A stretch of DNA of 64,000 nucleotides from Candidatus Aenigmatarchaeota archaeon. Its GTDB lineage: Archaea > Aenigmatarchaeota > Aenigmatarchaeia > CG10238-14 > SCSR01. Under the pieces are notes generated by a model, which was not told the origin of the DNA, did no database searches, and was given only the letters and a program-made list of their open reading frames with translations. Where the stretch lies: NCBI GenBank assembly GCA_038999725.1, contig JAWBWS010000004.1, positions 717 to 64,716 on the forward strand. Reading direction: 5' to 3'. This document shows, one piece after another, positions 45,421 to 55,079 of this stretch. A program made the position numbers and the translations under genes. Within the stretch, counting starts at the first letter, position 1. Every line of letters starts with the position of its first letter.

Positions 45421-47712
45421 TTATTTTTGCATGTATTTAGTCAGTTTGTTATCTTTGGATGAATACTCTAACCTTAAGAGAGGTGAGAGAGGTTTAAGCC
45501 TCTCCATCAAATATTCTATGTAAACGTTTATATCAATTTTACCTTTAGGTTTTTCTGAGAAATCTATTCCACTGGTAGTTACAAAAAATTCAATGAAATT
45601 GCCTGGCTTCTTACCCGATTCCTCATATGCCCTTCTCAACAAATCTAGTCTGAAACTTCTTTTTTCATACTTATCTAAACTTTTGCTCAACCTTCCCACT
45701 ATTTTGTAGTCCTCCAGGTTTTCTAAACTTTCTATTCTTTTTAGCTGTTTTTGTAACTCTCTTCTTGCTTCATTCAAACCATATTTCACAAACTTTTCTA
45801 CAATTTCATTTACCGCCTCTCTTACAATTTTTGGATCCATCCTGCTTGTTCCTCTCCATCCTATTTTAACTATTTTTCCACTTTCTGTTGCTATAGCTTG
45901 TTTTTTATTCAAAGGAATGAAAACATCTTCGTGCTTATTATAATCTGTTATTAAGAAAGGATATTCCCTCTTTAACTTTTCAATAGCATTTATTGTTTTT
46001 TCAGCTTCACCTGAAATAAAACCCCTACATCTTAATGGAGACAAATAAACAATTTCACATTCTCCCAGCTTCTTTGTTTCAGTAAGCCTCTTGTAAATTT
46101 CAGAAAATTTTTTATAAATTTTTTCTGAAATTTCTTCATTTGTGAAAATTTTTCTCCCAAAAAGTAAGTGTGAGCTTATAGAGTTTATCGCAAAAGAATA
46201 AACATCAAAAACTCTGTTCCTACCTTTTTCATCAACACCAAAAGCATCTGGGCCTCCCTTTATCCTAAAAATTTTTTCAAATAAATTTAAGTAAGGTCTA
46301 AACTCTTCTTCATCCTCTACTATCTGTGGTACAAAAGCAAAAGAAGGATAAATCCACCTTCCTTTAATTCTTTGGCCATATTTTTCTGTTAAAATTCTAT
46401 CATACTTATCAACAATTCTCTCTTTCTTTCTTGCTAATTTTGTGGACTCATTTCTCATTTTTGGAAAAATTTTACCTTGAACAAATTCTGAAGTTAAAAT
46501 AGCTTCACCTATTTCTTCCATAGTTTTTTTGAAAACAGTCTCAATATCGATTGAAAAAAACATGGGTAAAACCAATAGTTCTTGGTCAAACAATAGAAAC
46601 TCGGCAAGCTTCAAATGAGCGACAGCATCTTGAAAATTATGAGTTACTGTTTCTTCTACTTCTTTTTTGAGTTTATACAAATCTTCTGCATTTTTTATCT
46701 TGAGATAAATTTTAAACTTCCTGTAGTCAGTTTTCTTAAGTGTCTCTTTATCATTAAGAAAATGCCCTAAGAAATCTTCAAGACTTCTTATCGTGGGGCG
46801 CTCATGTTTAGAGATGTATAAAGAATCGGTAGAAGGTGTTATGCCTTCTGATGTTACAACTTGAATTGCTTGAACTGGTTTAAAATAAATTGGAATGTCA
46901 AATTTGTCCTCAGGCCTTTCTTTTGTTGAAGGAAACTCTTCATAATCTTTCTGTTTTTCAAGAAGAGAAGAGCCATGAACCATTTCTATATCTGCTCCTC
47001 TCCTGTACTCGTAAATTTTTTTTATCAAACTTTTTTCATCTGGCACAAGTTCAATCTCATATCCCCCCAAGATTTTCTTGAACTCTTCTAGAAGCCCAGA
47101 ATTTTCGTTAACTATCAAGACTTTTGAGAGCCCATCACTCCTCATTAAAGTAGCTAAAACTATTTGGTCGCCATAAGTTTCGTAATCAACTGTAAATAAA
47201 ACCAATTTCTTTCTCAATTTTTCAATTTGGTTTGTTGCTTCTTTTCTGGTTTTTGGTTTCTCTTGTTGAATAATTAATTTTCCTTCTTCCCCAACAAGCA
47301 CTCTTGTGTCCAAAAAATATCCAAACTCTGTAGAAAAGTTACTCTCTTCCAATTTAGAAAGCCAATACTCTTGTTTCCTTGAATTTGAAATATTTTCTTC
47401 AACCCCAATAACACCGTCTATTACTTTAAGCTTTAATTTTATCTCTTCATTTTCAGAAGGTAGAGAAATGAGGGAAGCTTTATAAACCTTGTCTCCAATG
47501 TATGTAACATCGTCTACAATATTAAATTGATTAACACCAAGCTTCCTTATTTCCTTCAGCACTTTCTCCTTTTTTTCAGGTCTTATAAAAACTCTTGTTC
47601 TTTTTTTCAGTTTTTCTTCTACCAAAACATCTTGCCCGTTTTTGTAATATTGGTAAACATTTCCCCCTCTTATTACAAGGCCAACCGGTCCAACAAGTTC
47701 TGAAATTTTCAT
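45421..47712 (-). CDS. Family-B DNA polymerase homolog with degenerate exonuclease and polymerase motifs (likely inactivated PolB paralog)
   Basis: PolB-like N-terminal region VIRGGNVYQYYKNGQDVLVEE...RVFI. Exo I: LVLFTVDYETYG (DxE kept). Exo II-like: KVLIVNENSGL. Motif A-like: RVFDVYSFAINSIS (D kept, SLYPS lost). Motif C region FLITDYNKHEDVF instead of YxDTDS. KxY/RRDW region KKQAIATESGKIVKIGWRGTS (compare [26 protein letters not shown]). 763 aa. Confidence 0.5.
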   Translation of the reverse strand: MKISELVGPVGLVIRGGNVYQYYKNGQDVLVEEKLKKRTRVFIRPEKKEKVLKEIRKLGVNQFNIVDDVTYIGDKVYKASLISLPSENEEIKLKLKVIDGVIGVEENISNSRKQEYWLSKLEESNFSTEFGYFLDTRVLVGEEGKLIIQQEKPKTRKEATNQIEKLRKKLVLFTVDYETYGDQIVLATLMRSDGLSKVLIVNENSGLLEEFKKILGGYEIELVPDEKSLIKKIYEYRRGADIEMVHGSSLLEKQKDYEEFPSTKERPEDKFDIPIYFKPVQAIQVVTSEGITPSTDSLYISKHERPTIRSLEDFLGHFLNDKETLKKTDYRKFKIYLKIKNAEDLYKLKKEVEETVTHNFQDAVAHLKLAEFLLFDQELLVLPMFFSIDIETVFKKTMEEIGEAILTSEFVQGKIFPKMRNESTKLARKKERIVDKYDRILTEKYGQRIKGRWIYPSFAFVPQIVEDEEEFRPYLNLFEKIFRIKGGPDAFGVDEKGRNRVFDVYSFAINSISSHLLFGRKIFTNEEISEKIYKKFSEIYKRLTETKKLGECEIVYLSPLRCRGFISGEAEKTINAIEKLKREYPFLITDYNKHEDVFIPLNKKQAIATESGKIVKIGWRGTSRMDPKIVREAVNEIVEKFVKYGLNEARRELQKQLKRIESLENLEDYKIVGRLSKSLDKYEKRSFRLDLLRRAYEESGKKPGNFIEFFVTTSGIDFSEKPKGKIDINVYIEYLMERLKPLSPLLRLEYSSKDNKLTKYMQK

Positions 47713-47758
47713 AAATTTATGAAAAAAGCTTAAATATTTAAGTTCTATCTGATTCTTT

Positions 47759-49771
47759 ATGTTTGTTCATAACTTCTTATCAAGCACAAGAGTTGTAAGA
47801 ACACTTCAAGAAATAGACCCAGAGTATGTGGAAATTATTCCATATGAAATTTTTAAAGAAGGTTATGAAAGAGAGTTAAGTTTAAGAATTTTAAGTTTTC
47901 TGAAAGAAAATCTTCAAGTGAGAAGCACAAAAGCCAATTTTCTTCGTAATTTAAGAGAAAATATGGTTGAATTTAAAGACGATGGTTCGAAATATTTTTT
48001 GTATGTGGAAAACTCTTTTCCTCAATCTTTATATTACGAAGAAATTAATGGTAGAGTTCAACCCAGAAAAAATATAGCTGGGTTTATCCCTAAAACAAAT
48101 AGGGATTTTGGCTCCTCTATTAACCCCGCCTTGAGTATTTTCCCAAAAATTCTGAATTCTTATAATGTGAATTGTTTATTGATTTCTGTTACCCCTCTCG
48201 GTCTAATACCATATGAAATTAAAACCTTAGAACCACTTGTAAAAGTAGAGCCTTTTTCCATACCAAATATATTTGATTACTCAGAAGTGGAAAGAAGCCT
48301 AAGGTATTCGAAACTCCGTGCAGAATTAATGGGTAAAACTCCACCTAAAGATTTTAACTTAGATGCCTTAGCCTTTTCTTTTCATTATAATAAAAAACTG
48401 AAACCAATATACTGGAGGGACATCGAGAAAAAATGTAGCAAAATTATGTTAAAAGATTTCACATATATTTCAAATGAATTTATAAAGAATAACACAAACC
48501 ACAAAGCAATACTTTGTTTGTCACAAAAACCTCACTTGAAAAACTTGAGAGAAATTCTCAAACGATTTGGGTTGTATGATGAAGAATTTGACTTGACAAA
48601 AAAACTCTTGGAAAGAAAGCCTGGTGATGAAGAGTATATGATGTGGGGGATATCATCACCTTATTTTACAGGCCAATATTCTCTGGACATCAACAATGTA
48701 AGAAGGTACCACATGGGAATGTTAGAAAGAATAATCAGGAAAAAAATAAACAGCGAGAAAATTGAAGTGGTTTATGGTACCACATTAACAGGTGAGAGGT
48801 TAAAAGACAAAAAGCTACTCAAATTCTTCGAAAATTGGCTTGACACGGATATAGACTCTATAACTACAGTTTATGCTACTCCAGTCCCATGTAAAAAAGG
48901 TAGCATCGTTCGAGAATATAATGACGAAGAGTTTTGCAGCAAGGAAGAATATATTAAATGGAGAGAAAGACAGAAAGAATCGGATATTTGGAGATTAGAA
49001 GAATATGTGGATGAAAGTGGAATACAGCCTTGGACTGGTATAATTCAATTAATTCAATCGAAAATTGAAGAAGAACTCTATCCACCCAAATTGATGATAA
49101 GAGAAATAAATTTAGAAAGTTCGGATTATCATTTTAGCTATTTAACCAGAACCCCCGTGGAAAATATTTTAAAAGATGATATAGATGAAGAAATAAAAAA
49201 TAAGAGAATAATCACAAAATCTGGAAAGGGGGGAACAATAGAAGAGTTTGGAAAAATTGGCAGCCTTATTCACGATTGTAGAAGATATTGTTCCATAAGC
49301 TGTCATGATTTTACAAAATTCACCGAAGTTCCTCTGGAGTTAAATGTCTCCTATGGGGGGTATAAATACAAAATTTCTGGAATAAGTGACATAATCCTGG
49401 AGACAGGAAAAGGCAAACTCCATGTATGTAACACAAAGTTAGAGGCAAGCTATTTCCCACCACGAGGCCAAAGAATGCAAGTTCTTGCAGAAGCTCTTGC
49501 CGCTATGCAATTGTTTAAAAAAGAGTTAGATAGTGTAAGTTTGTACTATCACACAAGTGTTTTAAGGGAGGGCATTCTTTTTGTGTTTTTCCCAACCCAA
49601 GAACAACAGCAAAAAATTCTCAATGAAATTGGAAAAGAGGTGTACGATTACTTTCAGATGAAGGAAAATCCCAAACTGATACCAGAATATTTTTCAAAAT
49701 ATAAAAGATGGATGAAAGATCCTGAGCTTGTTAAAAAAATTATAGAAAAAAGATTAAATATAACCTTTTAA
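47759..49771 (+). CDS. Large (670 aa) protein of unknown function, divergently transcribed from the PolB-like/AEP operon
   Basis: Clean 670-aa ORF with a Cys/His cluster (HDCRRYCSISCHDF...HVCNTK) and a Gly-rich KSGKGGTIEEFGKIG segment. No family recognisable by eye. Confidence 0.5.
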   Translation: MFVHNFLSSTRVVRTLQEIDPEYVEIIPYEIFKEGYERELSLRILSFLKENLQVRSTKANFLRNLRENMVEFKDDGSKYFLYVENSFPQSLYYEEINGRVQPRKNIAGFIPKTNRDFGSSINPALSIFPKILNSYNVNCLLISVTPLGLIPYEIKTLEPLVKVEPFSIPNIFDYSEVERSLRYSKLRAELMGKTPPKDFNLDALAFSFHYNKKLKPIYWRDIEKKCSKIMLKDFTYISNEFIKNNTNHKAILCLSQKPHLKNLREILKRFGLYDEEFDLTKKLLERKPGDEEYMMWGISSPYFTGQYSLDINNVRRYHMGMLERIIRKKINSEKIEVVYGTTLTGERLKDKKLLKFFENWLDTDIDSITTVYATPVPCKKGSIVREYNDEEFCSKEEYIKWRERQKESDIWRLEEYVDESGIQPWTGIIQLIQSKIEEELYPPKLMIREINLESSDYHFSYLTRTPVENILKDDIDEEIKNKRIITKSGKGGTIEEFGKIGSLIHDCRRYCSISCHDFTKFTEVPLELNVSYGGYKYKISGISDIILETGKGKLHVCNTKLEASYFPPRGQRMQVLAEALAAMQLFKKELDSVSLYYHTSVLREGILFVFFPTQEQQQKILNEIGKEVYDYFQMKENPKLIPEYFSKYKRWMKDPELVKKIIEKRLNITF

Positions 49772-51445
49772 TCACATTTTTTCCAAAGCTTTTATTCCAA
49801 GAAGTTCAAGGACCTTATTCAAAACAATTTTTGTTGCCTTCACAAGAGTAAGCCTGAAGTTCCTCTTCTCTTTCGTCTCAGCCTTGAGAACAGGATTTGT
49901 CTCATAAAATCTTCCAAAAATCGTGGCAAGTTCGTAAGCGTAGTTGCAAATGTAGTGTGGTTTTAAATCTCTTCCAGCTTCTTCCACAACCTTCTTAAAT
50001 CTTGCTAATGTTCTTATCAGTTCTTTTTCTCCTTCTGTTAGTTCTTTTGTTTTGAACAGTAACTTAAACTTTCCAGCTCTTCTCAATATTCCCACACATC
50101 TTGTATGAGCATATTGCAAGTATGGTCCTGTATCGCCTTCTAGCCTAAGCATTTGGTTCCAATCAAAAGTTATGGTCTTTTCAGGCTCAATTCTTACAAT
50201 AGCATACTTCAAAGCTCCTATTCCCACAGCCTCGGCAATTTCCTTCTTTTCTTTTTCGGAGAGGTTGGTCCTCCTCTTCTCAATTTCCTTCAAGGCGGTT
50301 TCCACAAGCTTGTCTACAACTTCATCAAGCATTAAAGCTTTACCCTCTCTGGATGACATTTTTCCTTCAGGTAAGTGAACAAGCTCAAAAGCAAAATGTT
50401 TGCAACCACTAACCCACTTGTAGCCAAATAACTCCAAGAGCTTGAAAAGTTGTTTAAAATGAAGGTTTTGCTCGGTTGCAACAACCCATATGTGACTGTC
50501 AAGCTTGTACTTTTCAAACCTTTTAACAGTCATACCCAAATCACTTGTTATGTACAAGCCGGTGCCATCCGACCTTAACAAAACTGTATCAGGTAAGCCA
50601 AACTTCTCTAGCCTAGACAAGACTGCACCATCTTCCATTTTAGTCATAATTCCTCTCTTCAACCCTTCTTCAATTAGTTTCTTTCCAAGCTCTCTGAACT
50701 CACTCTCATAAAAATAAACGTCAAAGTTTATTCCCAACCGATGATAGGTTTCTTCAAACCCCTTAACACACCACCCAACTATTTTCTTCCATATTCTTCT
50801 TATCTTTTTGTCTTTTTCCAATTCAAACTTCCTCAAAATTTCTCTTGCCTTTTCTTCTAGACTGGGATTAGTTTTGGCTTCTTCATGAAACTTAACATAA
50901 AGTTTCCAAAGCCAAGCATCAGGCTTTCCTTCTGGTTCCTTTCCTTCTGCCCAAAGCAAGTAGGCTGTGACGAGTTTAGCAACTTGAAGGCCAATATCAT
51001 TCATCAAGTTAGCTCTTATCACTTTATACCCCAAAAACTCCAAAATCCTTGCAAGTGAATCACCAAGGAAAGTGCCTCTTGCATGCCCTATGTGCATGGA
51101 ATGCACAGGATTTGGCTGAGAAAACTCAATCATCACTTTCTTCCTTTTCCTTGAAATTCCTTTTTTCATCACTTCCTTCAAGACAAGTTCTGAAACTTTC
51201 TGGTAATCCAGAAAGAAATTTAAGTAGCCCGATCTTGCCTCAACCTTTGAAATTAAAGACCCTTTTGGGATTTTTATCTTTTTTACCAGATTTTCAGCTA
51301 TTTCATTTGGGTTTCTTTTTTCTTTTTTAGCTAGATCGAAACAAGGAAAAGCTATATCACCGAATTCTTTTACCTTTGGGACTTCCAGTTTTAATTCTTC
51401 TATTCCTGCTTTTTTCAAAATTGCTTCTATTTCTCTTTCAATCAT
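49772..51445 (-). CDS. argS: Arginyl-tRNA synthetase
   Basis: Class I HIGH motif (PNPVHSMHIGHARGTFLGD), a C-terminal DALR-like anticodon-binding domain, ~557 aa. Confidence 0.85.
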   Translation of the reverse strand: MIEREIEAILKKAGIEELKLEVPKVKEFGDIAFPCFDLAKKEKRNPNEIAENLVKKIKIPKGSLISKVEARSGYLNFFLDYQKVSELVLKEVMKKGISRKRKKVMIEFSQPNPVHSMHIGHARGTFLGDSLARILEFLGYKVIRANLMNDIGLQVAKLVTAYLLWAEGKEPEGKPDAWLWKLYVKFHEEAKTNPSLEEKAREILRKFELEKDKKIRRIWKKIVGWCVKGFEETYHRLGINFDVYFYESEFRELGKKLIEEGLKRGIMTKMEDGAVLSRLEKFGLPDTVLLRSDGTGLYITSDLGMTVKRFEKYKLDSHIWVVATEQNLHFKQLFKLLELFGYKWVSGCKHFAFELVHLPEGKMSSREGKALMLDEVVDKLVETALKEIEKRRTNLSEKEKKEIAEAVGIGALKYAIVRIEPEKTITFDWNQMLRLEGDTGPYLQYAHTRCVGILRRAGKFKLLFKTKELTEGEKELIRTLARFKKVVEEAGRDLKPHYICNYAYELATIFGRFYETNPVLKAETKEKRNFRLTLVKATKIVLNKVLELLGIKALEKM

Positions 51446-51700
51446 ATAATCAAATTGTTCAAATAAAAATAAAATTCTTCAAAAGGTTTAAAGCTCTGTC
51501 ATTCTGATATTTTACCCTGGTTTTATAAATCCGGTTTTTGTGCAAAAAAATATTTTTTAATGGTTAAGCCAATTCTCGCCATATTTTTTTCTTTCCTTTT
51601 TTACCAATAAAGTAGCTTTTTTAGATGGGCTTTTTAGGAGATTGTAAGAAAAATTTAAAAGAGAAGAAATGAACAATTGCAGTAAAACAGGAGTCAAAGT

Positions 51701-53476
51701 ATGTGTGGTATAATAGGCTACATAGGAAGAGAAAATGCACCACCAGCGATTTTAGATGGACTAAGACATTTGGAGTACAGAGGGTACGACTCTGTTGGAG
51801 TTGCTTTTGTTTCTCCCAAAGAAGTCATCATAAAAAAAGATAAAGGTATGGTGGAAGAAGTTCATAAGAAACTAAATTTTTTGGATCCAGCTGTAAATTT
51901 GGCTGTTGCACATACAAGATGGGCTACACATGGAAAAATTTCAAAAGAAAATGCTCACCCTCACACAGATTGCAAATCAAACATAGCAATAGTTCACAAT
52001 GGCATAATAGAGAATTATAAAGAGTTGAGAGAAAGATTGATACTTTCTGGTCATGTCTTCAAGAGTGAAACTGATAGTGAAGTTATAGCCCATTTAATAG
52101 AGGAAGAATTGAAAAATCGTGAAAATTTTGAAGAGGCTTGTTGTGCTGCATTCAACAAATTAGAAGGAAGCTTTGCGGTTTTAGTTGTTAAAAAAGGGGA
52201 GAATAAAATTGTTGCTATTAAGAAAGGTTCACCTTTAGTTATTGGAATTGCTGATCATGGTTATTTTGCTGCAAGTGATATACCAGCTTTTATCGAACAC
52301 ACTAACCAAGTTGTTTATCTTTCAGATTGGGATATGGCTGTTCTAGATTCTACTCCAATTTTCTTTAACATCAAAGATGGGATGCTAACAAGAGTTGAAA
52401 AACCCATACATATAATTGACTGGAATGCAGAGAAAACCAAAAAAGGTGGGTTTGAGCATTTCATGCTTAAAGAAATTTGTGAGCAAGCTGAAACTATAGA
52501 AAGAGTTGTTGCTCAAGAGAAAGAGGTTGTTAAAAAAATTGTGGATGAAATTGAAAAAGCATATGGTGTATTTTTTATTGGGTGTGGCTCAAGTTATCAT
52601 GCTTGTCTGGTAGCAAGTTATATATTCTCAAAAATTGCTAAAAAGCATGTGAATGTAGTTCTTGCATCAGAATTTCCAAATTATGAGCATTTTTTAACAA
52701 AAGATACTCTTGTCATTGCAGTTTCCCAATCTGGCGAAACTTACGATGTTCTAGAAGCTGTTAGAGCTGCTAAAAGGAAGGGAAGTAAAATAATTTCAAT
52801 AGTTAATGTGATGGGATCGAGTTTGACAAGGGAGTCTGACTCCTTCTTACTCATGCATGCTGGTCCTGAGATTGGTGTTGCGTCAACGAAAACTTATACT
52901 TCAGAAATAGCACTTTTAACACTTCTAGCTTACTCTTTGATTGGAAAATTTGAAGAAGGTAAGGAAAGGGTGAAAAGTCTTAGGAATGTTATCTCTTATT
53001 TCACTTCAGAAACTTCAAGAAATAAAATAAAAGAGTTAGCAGAAAAATTGAAAGATAAAGAACATATCTTTTGTATCGGGAGGGGAACACAATATGCCAC
53101 TGCTTTGGAAGCTGCATTGAAAATAAAGGAAGTTTCTTATATTCATGCTGAGGCCTTGGCCGGTGGAGAGTTGAAGCATGGAACTATTGCCCTAATTGAA
53201 AATAATACTCCATGTATAGTTTTTATTTCGGAAGAAAATGAAAAAGAGATTCTTTCAAATGCTATGGAAATAAAGTCTAGGGGTGGGTATATAATTGGCG
53301 TGTCTCCAAAAAATAATGAAATATTCGATTATTGGATAAAAGTTCCTGAAGCAAATACAGAAAATCCGATTGTTCAAATCATCCCAATGCAAATTTTGGC
53401 TTATTACTTGGCTGTTTTGAGAGGACACAACCCAGACCGTCCTAGAAATCTTGCGAAAAGTGTGACAGTAAAATGA
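51701..53476 (+). CDS. glmS: Glutamine–fructose-6-phosphate aminotransferase (isomerising)
   Basis: N-terminal nucleophile MCGIIGYIG and two SIS domains (SQSGETYD, C-terminal ...VSPKNN). Confidence 0.9.
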   Translation: MCGIIGYIGRENAPPAILDGLRHLEYRGYDSVGVAFVSPKEVIIKKDKGMVEEVHKKLNFLDPAVNLAVAHTRWATHGKISKENAHPHTDCKSNIAIVHNGIIENYKELRERLILSGHVFKSETDSEVIAHLIEEELKNRENFEEACCAAFNKLEGSFAVLVVKKGENKIVAIKKGSPLVIGIADHGYFAASDIPAFIEHTNQVVYLSDWDMAVLDSTPIFFNIKDGMLTRVEKPIHIIDWNAEKTKKGGFEHFMLKEICEQAETIERVVAQEKEVVKKIVDEIEKAYGVFFIGCGSSYHACLVASYIFSKIAKKHVNVVLASEFPNYEHFLTKDTLVIAVSQSGETYDVLEAVRAAKRKGSKIISIVNVMGSSLTRESDSFLLMHAGPEIGVASTKTYTSEIALLTLLAYSLIGKFEEGKERVKSLRNVISYFTSETSRNKIKELAEKLKDKEHIFCIGRGTQYATALEAALKIKEVSYIHAEALAGGELKHGTIALIENNTPCIVFISEENEKEILSNAMEIKSRGGYIIGVSPKNNEIFDYWIKVPEANTENPIVQIIPMQILAYYLAVLRGHNPDRPRNLAKSVTVK

Positions 53477-53525
53477 AGATTAATTCTTTTTCAATCTCCC
53501 TGCGAAATTAATAAGTTAATTTGAG

Positions 53526-54026
53526 GTGAGTGAGTTGAAGGAAATTTTGATAAAGCGAATGAAAGAGAAGCAAATAGAAGAAGTAGCAAAAGTTGCCTCA
53601 AAATGTTTTAGTGGCCTAAAAGACATAAAAAAAGCGAGAAGGTGGATAAAGTGCAATTTTAACGCTTTTCCAAGGATGCAATATTTTGTGGCTCAAAAAG
53701 GAAAAAAAGTTTTGGGATACATACTTTGGGTGGAAAAAGGGGGATTTAGAGAAGAAGCCGTGTTCGAATTAGAGCAAATTGGAGTTCACCCAAACTACAG
53801 AGGAATGGGGATTGGCACAAGACTTATTAAAGAGTCTTTGAGAGAATTAAAAAATTCTCTCAAAAAACGTGGCTCAAGGTTAAAGCTTGTTGAAGTCACA
53901 ACTGGAGTGAGCAATGAAGCACAAAAATTGTACAAAAAAACTCTAGGTGCAAAGCCAGAGTGTGTGATAAAAGATTTGTTTAGAGAAGATGAAGTGATAA
54001 TGATTGCAAGATTCAACAAAAAGTGA
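53526..54026 (+). CDS. GNAT-family N-acetyltransferase
   Basis: Acetyl-CoA binding motif QIGVHPNYRGMGIGTRLI. Confidence 0.75.
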   Translation: MSELKEILIKRMKEKQIEEVAKVASKCFSGLKDIKKARRWIKCNFNAFPRMQYFVAQKGKKVLGYILWVEKGGFREEAVFELEQIGVHPNYRGMGIGTRLIKESLRELKNSLKKRGSRLKLVEVTTGVSNEAQKLYKKTLGAKPECVIKDLFREDEVIMIARFNKK

Positions 54027-54028
54027 AA

Positions 54029-54937
54029 TCATTCAAGGAATTCCACATCGTCTATTATTCCATCAGCATCTCTATCTATGCCTTTAACAACTCTCGCGAA
54101 CCCTCCATTGAACTTATTCCCTTCTGCAACTTTTTTTGGATATTTCACAAGAGCAACTATAGCTGCCCTTGTTCCCTTAAACCTTTTTCCTGACAAAACT
54201 AAAATTTCCTTCCCTCTTGCAAATGGGTTTGAAGTTTTAACCACTATACCAATCTCATCTTCCACATAAACAGTTTTTGATAAAGATGAGACTATGTTGA
54301 AATCATGCTTGGTGTCAAAATAGATGGGAAGCCTATCATTTATCTTATCTATCAAAATATTTGCTTTTGGCCCTCCTATCAAGATTAGATTTTTCTGGAG
54401 ATCTTCTTCTCTAATTTGAGTGTCGAGTTTGTAATTTAAATTTGAGGATTCGAGGAATGTGCCTAAGAAAAGGGCCAAATCAATTGCAGCACTTCCATCA
54501 GAAGCCTGTGCCCCATATCTTCCATGTGGATCTGGAGAACCAACAACAATAATAGCATTTAGTTTACCTTTTTGAATGAAGGAACCCAAAAACTCCGATT
54601 CTTTAATTCTTGCCTTTATCTCGAGAGGTTTGGCATCAAAAAGTTTAACTGCAATGTAAGGAGAAGATACAGAATAAATTTTAGCCACGGCTCCGACCCT
54701 CTCAACCTTTTTCTCCAGTCTAATTATTCCTGCTTCTTCCAACCTTCTCAAGTGGTAATAGATTTTTTGCTCATGCTGCTTGAGCTTTCTGGCTATGTCC
54801 ATGGCACAGCTTGGCTGCTTTGAAAGTTCTTCCAAAATTCTCAAGGAAAGCTCACTGCTCAAGACTTTCAAATTCCTTGGTTCAATCACCAAACACTTAA
54901 AAGCTTTTTCTTCTCCATCTTCCACAAAATATGGCAT
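54029..54937 (-). CDS. ArsR/winged-helix HTH transcriptional regulator with large C-terminal (ligand-binding-like) domain
   Basis: N-terminal LSSELSLRILEELSKQPSCAMDIARKLKQHEQKIYYHLRRLEEAGII (HTH_20-like) plus a ~220-aa C-terminal alpha/beta domain. Confidence 0.55.
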   Translation of the reverse strand: MPYFVEDGEEKAFKCLVIEPRNLKVLSSELSLRILEELSKQPSCAMDIARKLKQHEQKIYYHLRRLEEAGIIRLEKKVERVGAVAKIYSVSSPYIAVKLFDAKPLEIKARIKESEFLGSFIQKGKLNAIIVVGSPDPHGRYGAQASDGSAAIDLALFLGTFLESSNLNYKLDTQIREEDLQKNLILIGGPKANILIDKINDRLPIYFDTKHDFNIVSSLSKTVYVEDEIGIVVKTSNPFARGKEILVLSGKRFKGTRAAIVALVKYPKKVAEGNKFNGGFARVVKGIDRDADGIIDDVEFLE

Positions 54938-55079
54938 AATTTTTAGAATAATTTTTGGATGTTATAAAGTTTTTTATAATGGTGAAGAAAAGAAGATTTT
55001 TCTTTTCTCTTTTGCAACCTAAACCTTCAATCAAACATTTTAGGTTTATTTTTTATACATTTGTTTTCAATTAATTTTT

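Noticed and set aside
47759-49771. Assigning the 670-aa protein to archaeosine tRNA-guanine transglycosylase
   Set aside because: A short resemblance (FIPKTN…KILNSYNV versus the TGT substrate-binding region) was noticed. However, the zinc motif spacing (CxCxxC…H) and the position within the protein do not match TGT, so the similarity is too weak to call.
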